Shown one piece after another: positions 38,675-51,400 of a stretch of DNA of 63,610 nt. Positions within the stretch are counted from its first letter, which is position 1, and the number at the start of each line of letters is the position of its first letter. The position numbers and the translations under genes were made by a program. The notes below the pieces were generated by a model. The model had not been told where the DNA came from and made no database searches. It saw only the letters and a program-made list of their open reading frames with translations. The stretch lies in NCBI GenBank assembly GCA_000708835.1, contig DF237000.1, forward strand, positions 66,556 through 130,165, in the 5' to 3' direction. Source of the stretch: Klebsormidium nitens (lineage: Eukaryota; Plantae; Klebsormidiophyceae).

Positions 38675-41600
38675 ATGGACGTCATTCTCCAAATGCACAA
38701 CCAGAGCTACGCCCACCGCGTGTGCCTACTGGCCCAGAACCCGCGAGTCTCCATTCTTCCGGGGGGCAAGTTTGGCGAATCAGCCGAGGAGCTTGGTCCA
38801 AAGAAGAGTATGCATCACGGGCCCAACCTAGTTCTCCTGCGGAACTGCACCGCCAGCAAAGCTGAGATCATTGCCCACATTCACACCACCTTTCTGAGGA
38901 GGTGAGAGGGGCCACACAATCTTTCTGATGTGGTTAGCTGTCCTGTGTGAACGTGCTCTGCTTTGTATAGCTTGGATTTTCTCTTTGGCCCGGACATTGC
39001 TGTTCCGTAGAGAGCATCAGCTGATGTACTCAGACCAGCCTTTCTTCGGACCTGAGCTATGTTGTTTGTATTCCATGATGGCCCAGCTTACTCACTCTTC
39101 TATCTGAGGAAGAACGTTATTCAGTGTGGTGGTTTGTTTCTGGAAGTATCGTCTACCAGCAATGATGAGGAACTGCAGAGGTTCAAGACGGTGTTCATAC
39201 TGGTCTTGCATCGCTTCACTACTGTATGAAAAGCCCCCAAAAAGAGTGCACGCCCCGAGCTCTCTCTCAGCATTGTTTGTTTGGAGCATGACCTTTTGGC
39301 CCCGTAGACAGGAGCCCCTATTTTTCCAATTGGGCTCACCTGTTTAACCGAATGCTTGTAGAAAGAGCCATCAAAGCACTTGTAGAATTGCTAAAGTTGA
39401 CGAATTCTGCCTTTTCTTATCGGATCGAAGTTCTGTGGTTCCTTTGGTATGGGCCCTGTACTTCCAAGCATACTGAACTTGCAATCTTCTCTTGTCTGCA
39501 GATATGTTGCGCGCATCTACTGGTGCCATCACACAGCGATGACCAAAGAGGCTGCCGCAGCTCAGGTTGCGGAGGACTTGTGTCAATTGATGAAAGCCCC
39601 CACGGCAGGCACCCACAGCACTGGCCTAACCTTGAGAGCAAACGGGGAAAGCCAGGGGAAGCAATTTGGTGACTCCGACTGTGAAACGGCTAGCCGAGGA
39701 GTGAACGGTCCTGTCAGCGAGAGTAAGTCAAGCGTTGGAAAAATTGAGGGGACGGTTGCGAAGCTCGCGAACAGTTTTGGCAAGGATGCTTGTTCATTGA
39801 GCAATACTGAGACTGAAAGCGAGTCACGGGGAAATTCACTGCCAGCGCTTGATGGAACATCGCAAAATGGGGAATCGAACGTGGATACCGAACAGTTGCG
39901 GTCCGACCGGCATGAGAACGGAATGGCCACATCAGAAAGGGACGTGAAGTTGGAAGGAAACGAACCCGAAAGTGAAAGCAGAGGTGAGAAGGTAGACGGG
40001 ATGGGCGAGGAAAGCAGAAGCCAGTACAGGAATCAAAACGGAAACGGAGAGGCAGTATCCGACCTGGAAACAGGCCACGTGGAAGGGGGGCCGCCGAAGG
40101 TGCGGCTGCGGACCCAGGCGTGTCCGAAGGCGCTAGAGACGTTCTTCACGGACAGCATTCCGGACGTCGAAGTGGGCATGGTGAGAGTGCGCCCTTGGTG
40201 GCGATTTTACGTTTTCTTTTCGTTGGGGAGCATTTGCTGTTACCAGCATCAATGGGCTGAGTGTCTTGCACTTTGGGCCTATTGTCGCTTGACCGTTCTG
40301 GAATCAACTTGAGATTCTCTGAAATGCCACCTCCTTGGGGGAGATCATCGAATACAATGATGCAGATCCCCCCTACCTGCCCCAGGCCGAGTCCTTATGT
40401 TTAGTTCCTCCCCAAAGTAACGACGGCAGCCAAAATTGATTCACGTTCTGGTGTCGCTGGAGCGCATGCACCCCACTCTCGTGCATAACCACGTAAAACC
40501 TGTGGCCCTGTTCTGAACGTGTTCAGTGGCACTCCCCCCAAGTTGTCTGCTCTTTCTTTACCCCCCAGCAGGCTGAATTCTTCCGCGTCTTCCGGTGTCG
40601 CCAACCTTGATGCCCCCACTCTCGTAGATAGCCTGCAAACTCCTCGCTTTCTTACAGACCATTCTGAAAACGCCTGTGTTTTTTTCAATCACCCACGCAG
40701 GCCGGTTCACCCACGTCCTAGGCGCCGCACATCACCCCTCTCGTCAAAAAACCTGGGGATCCCTCTCTCTTGAATTTTGGATTGCAGCCCCCCAAACCGC
40801 CTCTAGTGTTTCCTGGCGGCAGCCCACATTCACCTACGTCCTAGTCATCGCCCGTTTCCACGTACCCACCTTCATCAATAATATAGTTTCCCGAGAGCTT
40901 CTTCTTGATGGGCCATTCCTCGTAATTGCCTGTGTTTTCTTTCCCCCCCCGGCCGGCCCGGTTCACGCACTTCCTGGGCGTCGCCCCCTCTTTCGTGAAC
41001 AGCTTCTCTTCACAGTTTCATTCCCACCCCCCCTAACTCCCTCGTGCTTTTTACCCCCCCGGCAGGCTCGATTCACGCACGTCCTGGGCGTCGCCGAAGT
41101 CCACGCCCCCTCTTTCGGCAACAGCGCGACCAAGCGCTGGATGTACTACTACGGAATCAGCCCCGCGGAAGACGTCTACTTCCAGCGTGATCTCCGAGGG
41201 GGGGAGGGTTCCGAGGGCCGCGGGACGGGGGATTTGCAGTGCTTGCACGAGGGGAGCGTCTCGAAGGCCGTGTGTAAGATGGAGGAGATTCTGGAGGCGG
41301 TTGGCTGGCCGCTCGGCAGAGACACCACGGGTGCGTTTCCGCCTTTGTCTCGCGCTTTTCCTCACGCCCTTTACGTTTACTTACTCACTCTTACTCTTTT
41401 GTCTTTGATTCGATTCGATTCGATTCTTACTCTTCGATTCGGAAAGGACAAGCCTGACAGATTGCTGGCGCTTTGGTTTCAATTTCATTCGTGCCTTTCC
41501 GCTCTTCCTTGGCTAAGTGTTTTGTGAACAACGTTCACATCTTTGACACCCCGTTCTTCTCGTTGCAGCAACGTTGCACGGCGTTGCGCAATGTCCCGCA

Positions 41601-43008
41601 TGGTCGAAGTTGCTGGGTTCTGTAACATGTGACCCTGTTGGGTCAAAAGCATGGTTTGGTTTCGGTTAATATGGTTCGTCGAGTCTCTTGTTCTTTTCTC
41701 CCGCAAGCAGGAGCTGCGCGGGGTTCTGCTACCCACACCCGCACTGGACACCTCTTCATGTGGCAACCGTGAGATGGTTCTGCATCTCATTACGTCTACC
41801 GGACCCACGAACGGTTTGCTTTCACTCTTCGACCCTTCTGCTAACCCTGATCAACGACTCCGCGCAGGATCACCATGTGTCAACACTTTCAGTGCATTGA
41901 CCATTGTCTTATCATTGTTAATAGCGGTCTCCTCCCCCCAGTGTTTCTATTGGGCCAGCTCTCTGCAACTCAAGGATCCTATTCACAACTAGATAGGAGA
42001 CTCTTTCCTGTCCGGTTGCAGTGATCGACCTGGGAGCTGCCCCAGGCGCCTGGACGGCCTACCTGGCGGGACACGTGGCACGTGTTGCGGCCGTCGATCC
42101 GGCCGAGATGGGGGCGGACGCGATGCTTGAGAACGTGACGCACATTCGGAAGGCGGTGAGGCTGGCCGCCTGTTCCAATTCCCTTTCTTTTGATTTCGCC
42201 GCTCTTTCCTACTTCTTTTCGCCCTTGGTTCTTTGTTTGGGTCCGAAGCAATTGTGTCCCCCTCAGACTCTTTCTGTTGTGAGTTTCTGTTCGTTTCGCC
42301 CGAGGACTCATTGGAGCAGCTTCGCCCTCGTTGCCTGTCAAAAAGTGCACTTTCCAAAACAGGTTTGCGTCTTCACACGTGTCCTTCCCGAGTCTGCCGG
42401 GTTTTGCGGGCGATCTGTCGGTGCCCCTCGTTTCCGTTCAACTTTATCAGATTTGCTGCATGAGCATAACTGGCACCTCGGTTCAAGCTGATCCTACAAG
42501 TTCACAAAACCCGGGCCACTCGATAACGACATCTAGATGATTGAAGCGGTCGATTCCAACTTCAAGAGAGTGGAACCCCTCAATAACGACATCTAGATGA
42601 TTGTACCGCTCAAGAACTGCCGGCACACCAATCAAGCTCAGCTGAGGCGCACAGATCTGAAAGCAAAACAAATTTGACGCTAACAAGGCCACGCTCCACA
42701 TGTTACAGGCTCTGGACGCGAAAGATGATCTGGCCACGTGGCAGCGCGATCAGCTGAGCGATCTCTTAGTGTGCGACATCAACAAACACCCCAAGGAGGT
42801 CCTCAAGTGGTCGGAACCGCTGTTTCCATTCCTGCGGCCGGGGGGGCTCTTCATCATGACCCTTAAATTCTTTGGAAAGGCGCGCGATAAGACCGAGGCG
42901 CTCAAGTTGCTAAGCCCGAGTCTGGATAAGCATTTTGTAGACATGGACTGCATATGGCTGCTCGCAAACACGGTGCACGAACGGACGCTTGTAGCCCGGA
43001 AACGTTGA
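38675..43008 (+). CDS. FtsJ-family (RlmM-like) SAM-dependent RNA 2'-O-methyltransferase
   Basis: Phase-consistent exons 38675-38901, 39502-40180, 41066-41330, 42022-42155, 42709-43008. SAM motif VIDLGAAPGAWT, plus VAAVDPAEM, SKAVCKMEE, LVCDIN and IMTLKF. Confidence 0.75.
40690..41065 (+). repeat. Decayed copies of the exon-3 acceptor and start in the methyltransferase intron
   Basis: gcaggccggttcacccacgtcctaggcgccgc (~40697), attcacctacgtcctagtcatcgcc (~40828) and ggttcacgcacttcctgggcgtcgcc (~40960), versus the true gcaggctcgattcacgcacgtcctgggcgtcgcc (41062). Confidence 0.85.
42525..42605. repeat. Two-copy intronic tandem repeat, 60-bp period
   Basis: ataacgacatctagatgattg at about 42525 and 42585. 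Confidence 0.8.
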
Positions 43009-44600
43009 TGTGGCAAACTGGAGCGGTCGTAAACCGAAGCGGTCAGGCGCCATCAAGGCAACTGCAGAAATCATGCTACATGTCATTTAGAATCAATAGG
43101 CGATGTGCACGAGTGCAGGGCAAACTTACGAGGTCCATGCAAATTCCATTGCGGAGGAGGTTTACTTTAATTATCGGGTCGCAAATCTACACGATAGGTA
43201 TGTGCATTGCAGACCGCTCTACGTATGTGCCGACCGACGAGAGAACAATTGACGCTGCTTGCAATATACCATCATTGTGAGGCTCGTGCTCAAAGGATCC
43301 GATATGGTCCTAAGCGAGGTGCAGATGGTCACTAGTCGATGAGTCTAAACCATGAGTCCGATACAGCAAAGTTTAGCCGGTTCAATCGCCGTGCTTTGTA
43401 CAATGAGGCTCCAAGGTCGCAAGAAGCCATGCTCAGTCCACTATATGGGCTTAGCCCGAACTTTGGCCGGCCGGACTCATGCTCTCAATATTGCCCACCT
43501 ATAGTTCAAGATCAGAAAGTCCGTTTTTGAATCTTGGTGGCCCCATGTTAAGCCGTTCATGTTCCCTCAGCACTTGCGGCCCGCGCGGCCCATCATAAGT
43601 GCATACGTACATACATTACCGTGGGTTGCCAAGTTGAATACTTAGAGTAACTTAGAGTAATTACTGATGATAGACGGCATTGTCCGATCAGCATGCATTG
43701 TATCATGTTTTAAGCAGCCTGAAGTTAGCCCAGGCCCAGCGCCCCGGGCCGTCTGATCGATACAACGCGGTTTCCAGTGAACATAGCGAAGGGACTCTAT
43801 CGCCTCTCAGAGGTCGAACATCGTGGAGATCATGCATGCCACGATTTCCAAGAGGTCGACCATGCAATTATGGAGTTATATATTGCAACTCTGCTCATGA
43901 CTTCGATCAAATCTCCAAGCAGCCAAACTGCATACGAGACGGTACCAATAGTAACAGTACGAATCCAGTGAAGCTAGGGCTTCGATCTAGGTTTGGACTA
44001 ATGTAGCACATAAAGATTCAGTTAGTAGGGTAGCTAGGCGTTCAGATCTCACTGCTGATTTCCATGTACCAGTATGCCATGGATGATGGAAGCCTAGGAC
44101 TACCGTATGGCCCATGTGGCTACGGCGTTTGAAAAGAGAACATCCATGCATGCTATTTACAGCACGCCTATCTATGCTCGTCGTTTTGCCATGTAGTTTG
44201 CCCTGCCAGGCGCCGGTCCGAGCGCGACCGCGTGGCCGCTGGCCGGCCGGCGCGGCCGCTGCATAAGGATGCCTGACACGCCGGCGCACAATCCGGACTC
44301 CAAATTCCGGATGACTTCCATATCACGGAATCAGCATGATCACTACCCGTACATTTCGGAAGTGACGTCAAATAGTCAGCTCCCACATAGTCGGTGCACC
44401 GTCCGATCTCGTGTACGGCGCTGGACGCCAGCATCTGACGAGGTCAGAATGAGGCTCCTAAATTAGGGGATCCCGGTATGTGCGAAAAAGGCCGGTCGAG
44501 GAAATCATCGAAACGCACGGGCCCACCGCCGCTCGATAAATTCCTCGGAGGCAGAGGCAGTGTCATTATTCCGGCCGTATCTGAGTGCAGCTATGAACAA

Positions 44601-44894
44601 TACCGTAGTCCAACGTGATGATTCCGAATAAATAAATAATTATTTGCGTTCGGAAAGTCAGAAATTCGGATTTCCTATTCGGAAAGTGAAATTTCGGAAA
44701 GGTAAAATAACCTTGAAATGGTCCTTGGGAGCCGTAAAACTGCCAAAAACAGCCAAAAACTCCCCTTCGAAGTGAGACCATAGGGCATTCGGATTCTTGT
44801 CGGAATCAGCATATATAATTCCACTTTCCTGGTCGGATTGTTGAGAAATAATTCGAAACAAAATCGTTCGGAATCATCACGTTGGACTACGGTA
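44601..44894. mobile_element. Tc1/mariner-type MITE, 290 bp
   Basis: 26-bp perfect TIR ccgtagtccaacgtgatgattccgaa (from 44603; reverse complement ends at 44892), flanked by TA on both sides. AT-rich interior with repeated ttcggaa. Confidence 0.9.
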
Positions 44895-45779
44895 CCCTTT
44901 GACACATTTTAATGGTTTTCATCCAATATTAGATCCCCGGTATTATCAAAATCCTCTCCGAGGGAGTCACGTCAGAGGCGGGGTGAGATCCTCCCCAGGG
45001 AGTCTCGGAAGGGGCCCTCGCGCCACAACTTCACGTTGGAAGAAGACGACCAGAGCTTCATCATGAGTTCATGAGATTCAGACTGAGAAGGTCTGGTTGG
45101 CTAAAGCTCCAAGAAAATGGTCGAAGAGAAAGGAAAATGCATGAGGCTGGAGGGGGCACGCAGGAAAAGAGGCTGTGCAAGACATCCCTTGGTTTCTCAA
45201 ACCTGAAGATTGAAGTGCAAATAGGTATCTGTCAGGGATGCGGTCTCTTTGACTTCTAAGAGTGCGGCTTGCAGAAAGTCATCAATCTACACCGTCGCGC
45301 CCTTATCTGCTCTTCAGGGGGACGAGTCATTGAAGAGTTTGATTGTTGAGGTTTGGAAGAAGTCATACAAGAAGGGGGCGCCATGACTTTCAGGCACTTG
45401 CTTGTCAAAAGCAGACGTTGAATCTGTTGCAGGCGCCACCTTAAATGTAAATCATAGAGTAGGGGCCAGCAGAAGGGGTTCTTTATCTTGAAGGGGCGCA
45501 TTTACTCAGCACATGCAAACAAGACTCACACACCGTTTGATCTGTAGCACTGTGGAAGATCCGAGGGGTCGAACTGCGGTACTTTGAGTATCCCCTCAAC
45601 TTGGAGAGCACAGTCAATACATTGAACGAATAACATTTACAAAGCCGGTCAACCAGGGGTTCCCAAAGTTCAACACATTCTGCCCGTCCAAGAAACATGT
45701 GTAGTGCCTGCAAATGTGCGCTTTGAGCGTGCAGACGCTTGGAAGCCGTTGGAGTTAGGTAACTAGGGTGGGGGACAGA

Positions 45780-48412
45780 ATGGCCGTAAAGAGCGAGGCC
45801 CCTCGGCGGGTGCTCGTGGCCGTCAGCTCGTCGCGCAGCTCCAAAGATGCTCTGCTCTGGACATTGGACAAGCTCGTTCGGACGCCCGATGACATCCTGA
45901 TGCTGCTGCATGTGCTGAAGCCTATCGAGTACATCGCCACCCGAGGTGAGGAAGAGTTCGAGCCAAGCCCTTGTGACAAGCTTACAAAAGAATTGCAAGG
46001 AATGAAGGAACAACAGCTATGTTCAGGGACTGGCTGATGAGTAGGGAGATGACGGTAGAAAGTCAGTCCCCTTGTTTACCTTTTGTCATCTTGGAAACGT
46101 AAAGAACTGTGTATCTGAGCTCGTTTTGTTTGCGGGGCAGCGACCTTGACGTTGCTCATCAGTGGGGCATTTTAAACATGCCCCTTAGGTTGCTTATGGT
46201 TACTGCCCCCAAATACCGTGGGTAAACTTGGGTTCAAGGTCGCTGCTGTGGACAGGCAGAAATCTTGGCTAGGGCTACCTGTGGCGCGTTTGGCAGAGGC
46301 CCGTTGTTGCAATGCTGGGGGTTCTCGCTAAAACTGAGCAAGCGCGGAGTCGAGGCCCCTTTACAGTCAAGAGTTGGATATATGGACTGGTGCCATGGCT
46401 TCTGTGGTTACAGTAGGGTCACATGTGTGCTTCACTGAGCATCTTTCTTGACATGTTTATGGTGAAGTAGTGCATATACATGGCTCTGAAGTTATTGCTG
46501 GGAACTAGTGACTCCTAACTTTTAGGCGCTCTACTCAGCCTCCCCAGAGGTGGTTTTGCCCAGAGAACATGATCTGGACGTTTTGATAGCTCTTCTCTAG
46601 TACTCTTTATTTGGCAGCATTATACCTGTCCTTCGGTTGATCTGCCTTCTCTGCACTGCGGGCCATAGTGGCGTCATGGGGTGGGTAAAATTCAGTCAAA
46701 CCTTTGAAATGCACCCCCAGAGATCTGTGCTTTTGATTCATAGCATGGGATGCAGACATGGCCCCTGTAGAAGTTCCAGCGGTGCCCCTTCTCAGGGGGT
46801 AAAGTTATTCTCGGAGCTGTTCATTGGTCTGCAAATCTCACCCAGAAGATTCCTTTCAAAAGAGCTGTTCTCGAGGAACACAGAACTCGCTTTTACAAGC
46901 CTGCGCTGAGACGCATTGGTGCTTACTTTAAAGTACACCAGTAAACAGGCTCCGCTCTCCGCTCTCCAACCCAACGCCACCAGTCCCCTGGGGCAGTGAC
47001 CTATCTGAATGTAGCCCTGAATCGATGCAAATCGAGTAGGATTTTAGAAACACCTCGCGACCCCTCACCACAATTATTTATAACTCGTTCGTTGTCCACA
47101 GATGGCTACGTGGACGCGTCGCAAATGGACCCCGCCGAGGTGCAGAGGATCGGTCTGCAGGCGCGCGAGGTGGGGGGCGAGCTGCTGGAGTCTTTTGAGG
47201 CGCTGTGCGCCCCAAAACGGGTGAGTTTACCTTTTGAGAGTACCCCCTGTTTTTCTTTCAAGCGCTCAAGTGACTCTTGCTAGCTTGGAACAAGGTGAAT
47301 CCAATTCCTCCTCTATGAACGATTTCTATATTACATCACCCGGCAGCTTGGAACGTGCTTTTACCAAGCATTGTATCTAGGGCAGCTGAACTTGGTGCTC
47401 TCTGGACCATTGCTTTGGCTGCCTCTGTTTGATGACTTTCGTTGGGGCTGAGATATCAGTAGACAGTGAAGTGGTAACTTTGGTTGCAACCATAGGGCAC
47501 AAAGAGATACGATTTACTGCACGTTTTGTATCGTCTCGTTGTGGATCCAAAACTCGTTAGCCAACTTGCAAAGTGGTTGGTAGACAGTAAAAGTCTCCTC
47601 CTGCCAGGTGGAGGCGCTGACAAAGCTGGTGGAGGGGGACCGTCGCAAGATGATTCTGGAAGAGGTGCAACGCATGGGTGCGACGGACCTGGTCATGGGG
47701 GGCAAGGCGCGGCGCATCATGCCAAAGTAAGCACGTTGAGTCAGGACTGTCTGGGACTTAGCCAAGTGGCTGGAGTTGATCTGATCGGATTCGATATCTC
47801 CAGACAGTTGCATATGGCGGCGGAGATCTTTTGGGAGACTCGTAGCATGCTTCGGAAGTCCTCAGTTGTTAGTCAACAGACGACATTCAGAGGGCTTTGA
47901 GGTTTGGCGCGGCTGGATACACGCGTTGAAGACTTGTCTTTGCAACCCGGCCAAACACCTCTTAGATGAGCACGGTGATCCATTTGAACGATGTAGATGC
48001 TCCGAGCTTGGCAAGAGCGCTTTCTGCAAGCACGCCTTTCGCTTGCTGCATCTCGTCTTGGATACGACACTGTCTAGTCGTGAGCTTTCTGGACCTTGTT
48101 GGCGATTATTCCAATTTCACATGCTCTGTCATTACGAATGGGCGTCAGTCACTCTTGTATACGCGCAAAGGTGCGTGTAATGAGTCCGACTGTCAAACGC
48201 AGTCAAGTAGTTTTAGAATCTTTACCACTGCTGCGATTGTGGAGTCTGAACCCGGACGAACAAAAGAGCGCTTATTTTCCCTATTGAGATCAACCGAATA
48301 GGCACCGCTTATTACAAATTGCGCGTCTTCCTTTGTACAGGTTGAAGAGCACAAGCCTAGCTGACTACTGCCTGAAGCACGCCCGGTGCGCGGTGACGAT
48401 CATTCGCAAAGG
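45780..48412 (+). other. Universal stress protein (UspA-like) domain
   Basis: RRVLVAVSSSRSSKDALLWTLDKL...LLHV; VEGDRRKMILEEVQRMGATDLVMGG; TSLADYCLKHARCAVTII. Confidence 0.9.
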
Positions 48413-51400
48413 CCACGTGGTCCAATCAGCGCCCGCCAAGCCGGCTCTCCTGCCGTCTCCCTCAGGGACAAACTTCCCAACAGGCCTTGCTTCTGGAACG
48501 GCGGACGTTTTCACCGCCCCCCAGATGTCAAGGACAGCCCCGACAAGGCCCGCCAGCGACAAGCCCGTCCTCAGCGAATCAGATCGCGCCAGGTGGCGGA
48601 GCGCCGCTGACGCAGCGCCGGAGGAACCCGAGCCGGTTGGTGACGTCACGGGGATGGGCGTCAGGCAGCAGCAGACGATCCCGTGGGGTTCCGTGATTTC
48701 TGAGGGGGGTCAGAATGGCAGGGAGATCACCCCCGGGGACGAGGAGACGAGCTCGGATTACATGGCGCGGATGATCTTTAAGGCGAGAGCGGAGGAGCTG
48801 ACACTCGCGTTGGCAAAGCTGGAATCGGAAAACGATCCCAACGTATTCATAGCGGAAGAACCCGTCATTGAGAAACCGGTCGCCAGTGAGGACGTGGTCG
48901 CTGCCGAGCCAGAGCACGATTCTAAAAAGCCAGACGACGGTTCTAACGCCGATTCCGCTTCAGAAACGAAGGAAGAAACAGTCGAGTCGAATGCTGCATC
49001 GGCTGCAGGAGAGGCCGAAGCCAAAGGGGGCCACGTGGCCGAAGCTAAAGGGGAACACGTGGCAGCAGCTCCAATCACCGGGCAGGGGGACGAGAGTGCA
49101 GCGAAGGCGGGTGATTATGTGGCAGCTGAAGAGGGCGACAAGTCAGAGGGCGACAAATCAGCGGTGGCGGACAAGGAGGTTGATCCGAACAGTCTGTCGC
49201 TGGGCGATGCACACATTGGAGAAAACAAGGTGGGCCTTGACTTGAGACATGAATCCTGGTCGACCAACAGTGCTTGAAAATGATCAATCGGGCTGCTTCG
49301 TGTTTCTCAGGGAATACCGTGGCCGCTCATTCTGGGATCAAGGTGAAACCTTCGTGAGTCTCCAATCCATGGTTTGATTACTCGGCCGAGCGGGAAGGGC
49401 CCATTTTTTGTGAAGGAACCAATTGCGTAACATTTTCTCGCCAAGGCAATGGACTGCCAGTCTTGGCGCAATTGATTGGTTGATCTGCACTGCTTGGGTG
49501 TTTCAATAAACTGAAACTCTGCCCGCATGAGGTCCCAACCTTGTGTCGAATAGAAGTGGTCCGTCCTATGCGTAACATCTGGGGCACTTTCATGAGTGAA
49601 AAATATCTTCGGTTTTTTCGCCAAACCCCAGGAAGCTTGAAAGCAGTGAAGCCCATGATCCGTCCAGGATCCTAAAGCTAAAATCCTGATCCTTTTTTCA
49701 AAAAGCTGCCTCTGTCTTTCCAGCTCCACCTGCAACTCCACGTCGACAACCTCGACTCGGAGGCGTCGATCCGCGCGCACGAGGACAGCTTCGGCGATTT
49801 CAAGTCGCACAGCTCGCTCGACAACGACATCCTGAACATCATGGCCGTCGCCAAAGTCGAGGGCGTCGAGAAAGCGGGCGAAGTCAACGGGTTCATCCAG
49901 TATAAGCGCCCGGAAACCCCGGCATATGCGCGCGGGCTGGAGGTGTTGGAGGTCCTCGACCGGTGGCTCGTCGCGAAGCAGGCGGAGCAGTTGCGCCTCC
50001 AAACGGCGTCCGAAAGCGGGCGCAGCACGTCCGAAACCGTCCGAACGGAATCCGACGGTGGTGGGCGGAACGAAAACGGAAGCGTCCGCAGCGTGACGGA
50101 GGAAGATGTGCAGGAGTTGACGGGGCGAGAGGCGCCCGCGCGGTCCCCGCCCGAGAAGACCAAAAAGGGGGGCCGTTTCAGCAGGCTGTTCAGGGGGAGG
50201 GGGAAGAAGGAGAAGGGCGCCAAGGCGGCCAAGGCGGACGCGGTGGCGGGGGCGGCACCCGAGGCGCCAGCTGCCGCAGAGGATGACGTCACGATTTCGG
50301 TCAGCGAGGTCGACCGTGCCGTGGAGGAGTTCTGGGACGACTCTCCGCAGTCCGTGACGGTCACCGACGGCGGGCCCGACGAGCCGGGGCTCCTGAGCCG
50401 CATCGCTGACATCATCATCGCGGAGGAGGCGGAGAAGACGCGCCGGGGTGACGTCAGCAGGGCGAAAGACGTCAGCAAGGCAGATGCCAACGAGAAGAGC
50501 ACTCAGGGCCGTGGTGACGTGGCTTCCCGGAAGGATGACGTGGCGAAGCCCCGGCTGCTGCCGACGGAGGAGGGTACGGAGGATTCCGGGTCCGTGTGCG
50601 ACGAAATGGACCGCGGAGGGGATGACAACATGAAGCGCATGATGGAAGAAGACGAGAGCGTGTCCGGAAAACCCATCGTCGCAGCCCCGAAAGCCAAAGC
50701 CCCCGAACGGAAAGCCGCGGCTGTTGAGGCCCCGGCAGGTCCCGTTTTGAGGGCCCCGATCCCGGAGGGGCTTCCGCCGGCGGGGAGAGTCAAGGTGAAG
50801 GTGCAGATGCTCAACCGGGAAGCCCGGGGGGCTCCTCAGAGCGGACCTGTGAATGTGAAGACAGAAGCCCGGGGGGATCCCCCGACCGAGCGCGTCAGCG
50901 TGCGGATGCTGAACACAGAGGTGCGGGAAAGTGTGCCGACCGGTCGTGTCAGCGTGCAAATGCTCAACGCAGAGGCCCGGGGGGGTCCACCGGGGGAAGC
51001 GCTCGCACAGACTGGGGTGTCGAGACGCGTCTCCCGGGCTTTGTTGGAGGGCATGGTACCCGATATGCCGCGAGAGGACCCAGAGGAAGGGATGCCCAGG
51101 TGAGGATGCCACTTCTCAAAAAATGAGAGGCAACGTTTAGAAAAGGAACGGTTCAGCAGGTTTCTTGTGACTTGAATGATGTAGTGTTCATTAGTCTGCC
51201 CAAGGCGTAACAGGATCTTCTGCAAGGTAAGGACTGGCCAAGCCTTTTGCTCCTCACGCCTGGAAGGCTCATAGTAACAAAAGCCAGGGGCATCAGTTCG
51301 GTAATTCGGATCGCATATAATCTGGCATCGGAGACACGCTTGATTTTACGGTTTCGTGCTCCAAGACAAGATTTGCCTCAGCCGCATTCCTCTGTTACCA

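Noticed and set aside
49307-51112. 601-aa minus-strand ORF (also 49678-50502 and 50503-50814)
   Set aside because: These are antisense shadows of the GC-rich exon 5 of the USP-PRONE gene, with no recognisable motifs.
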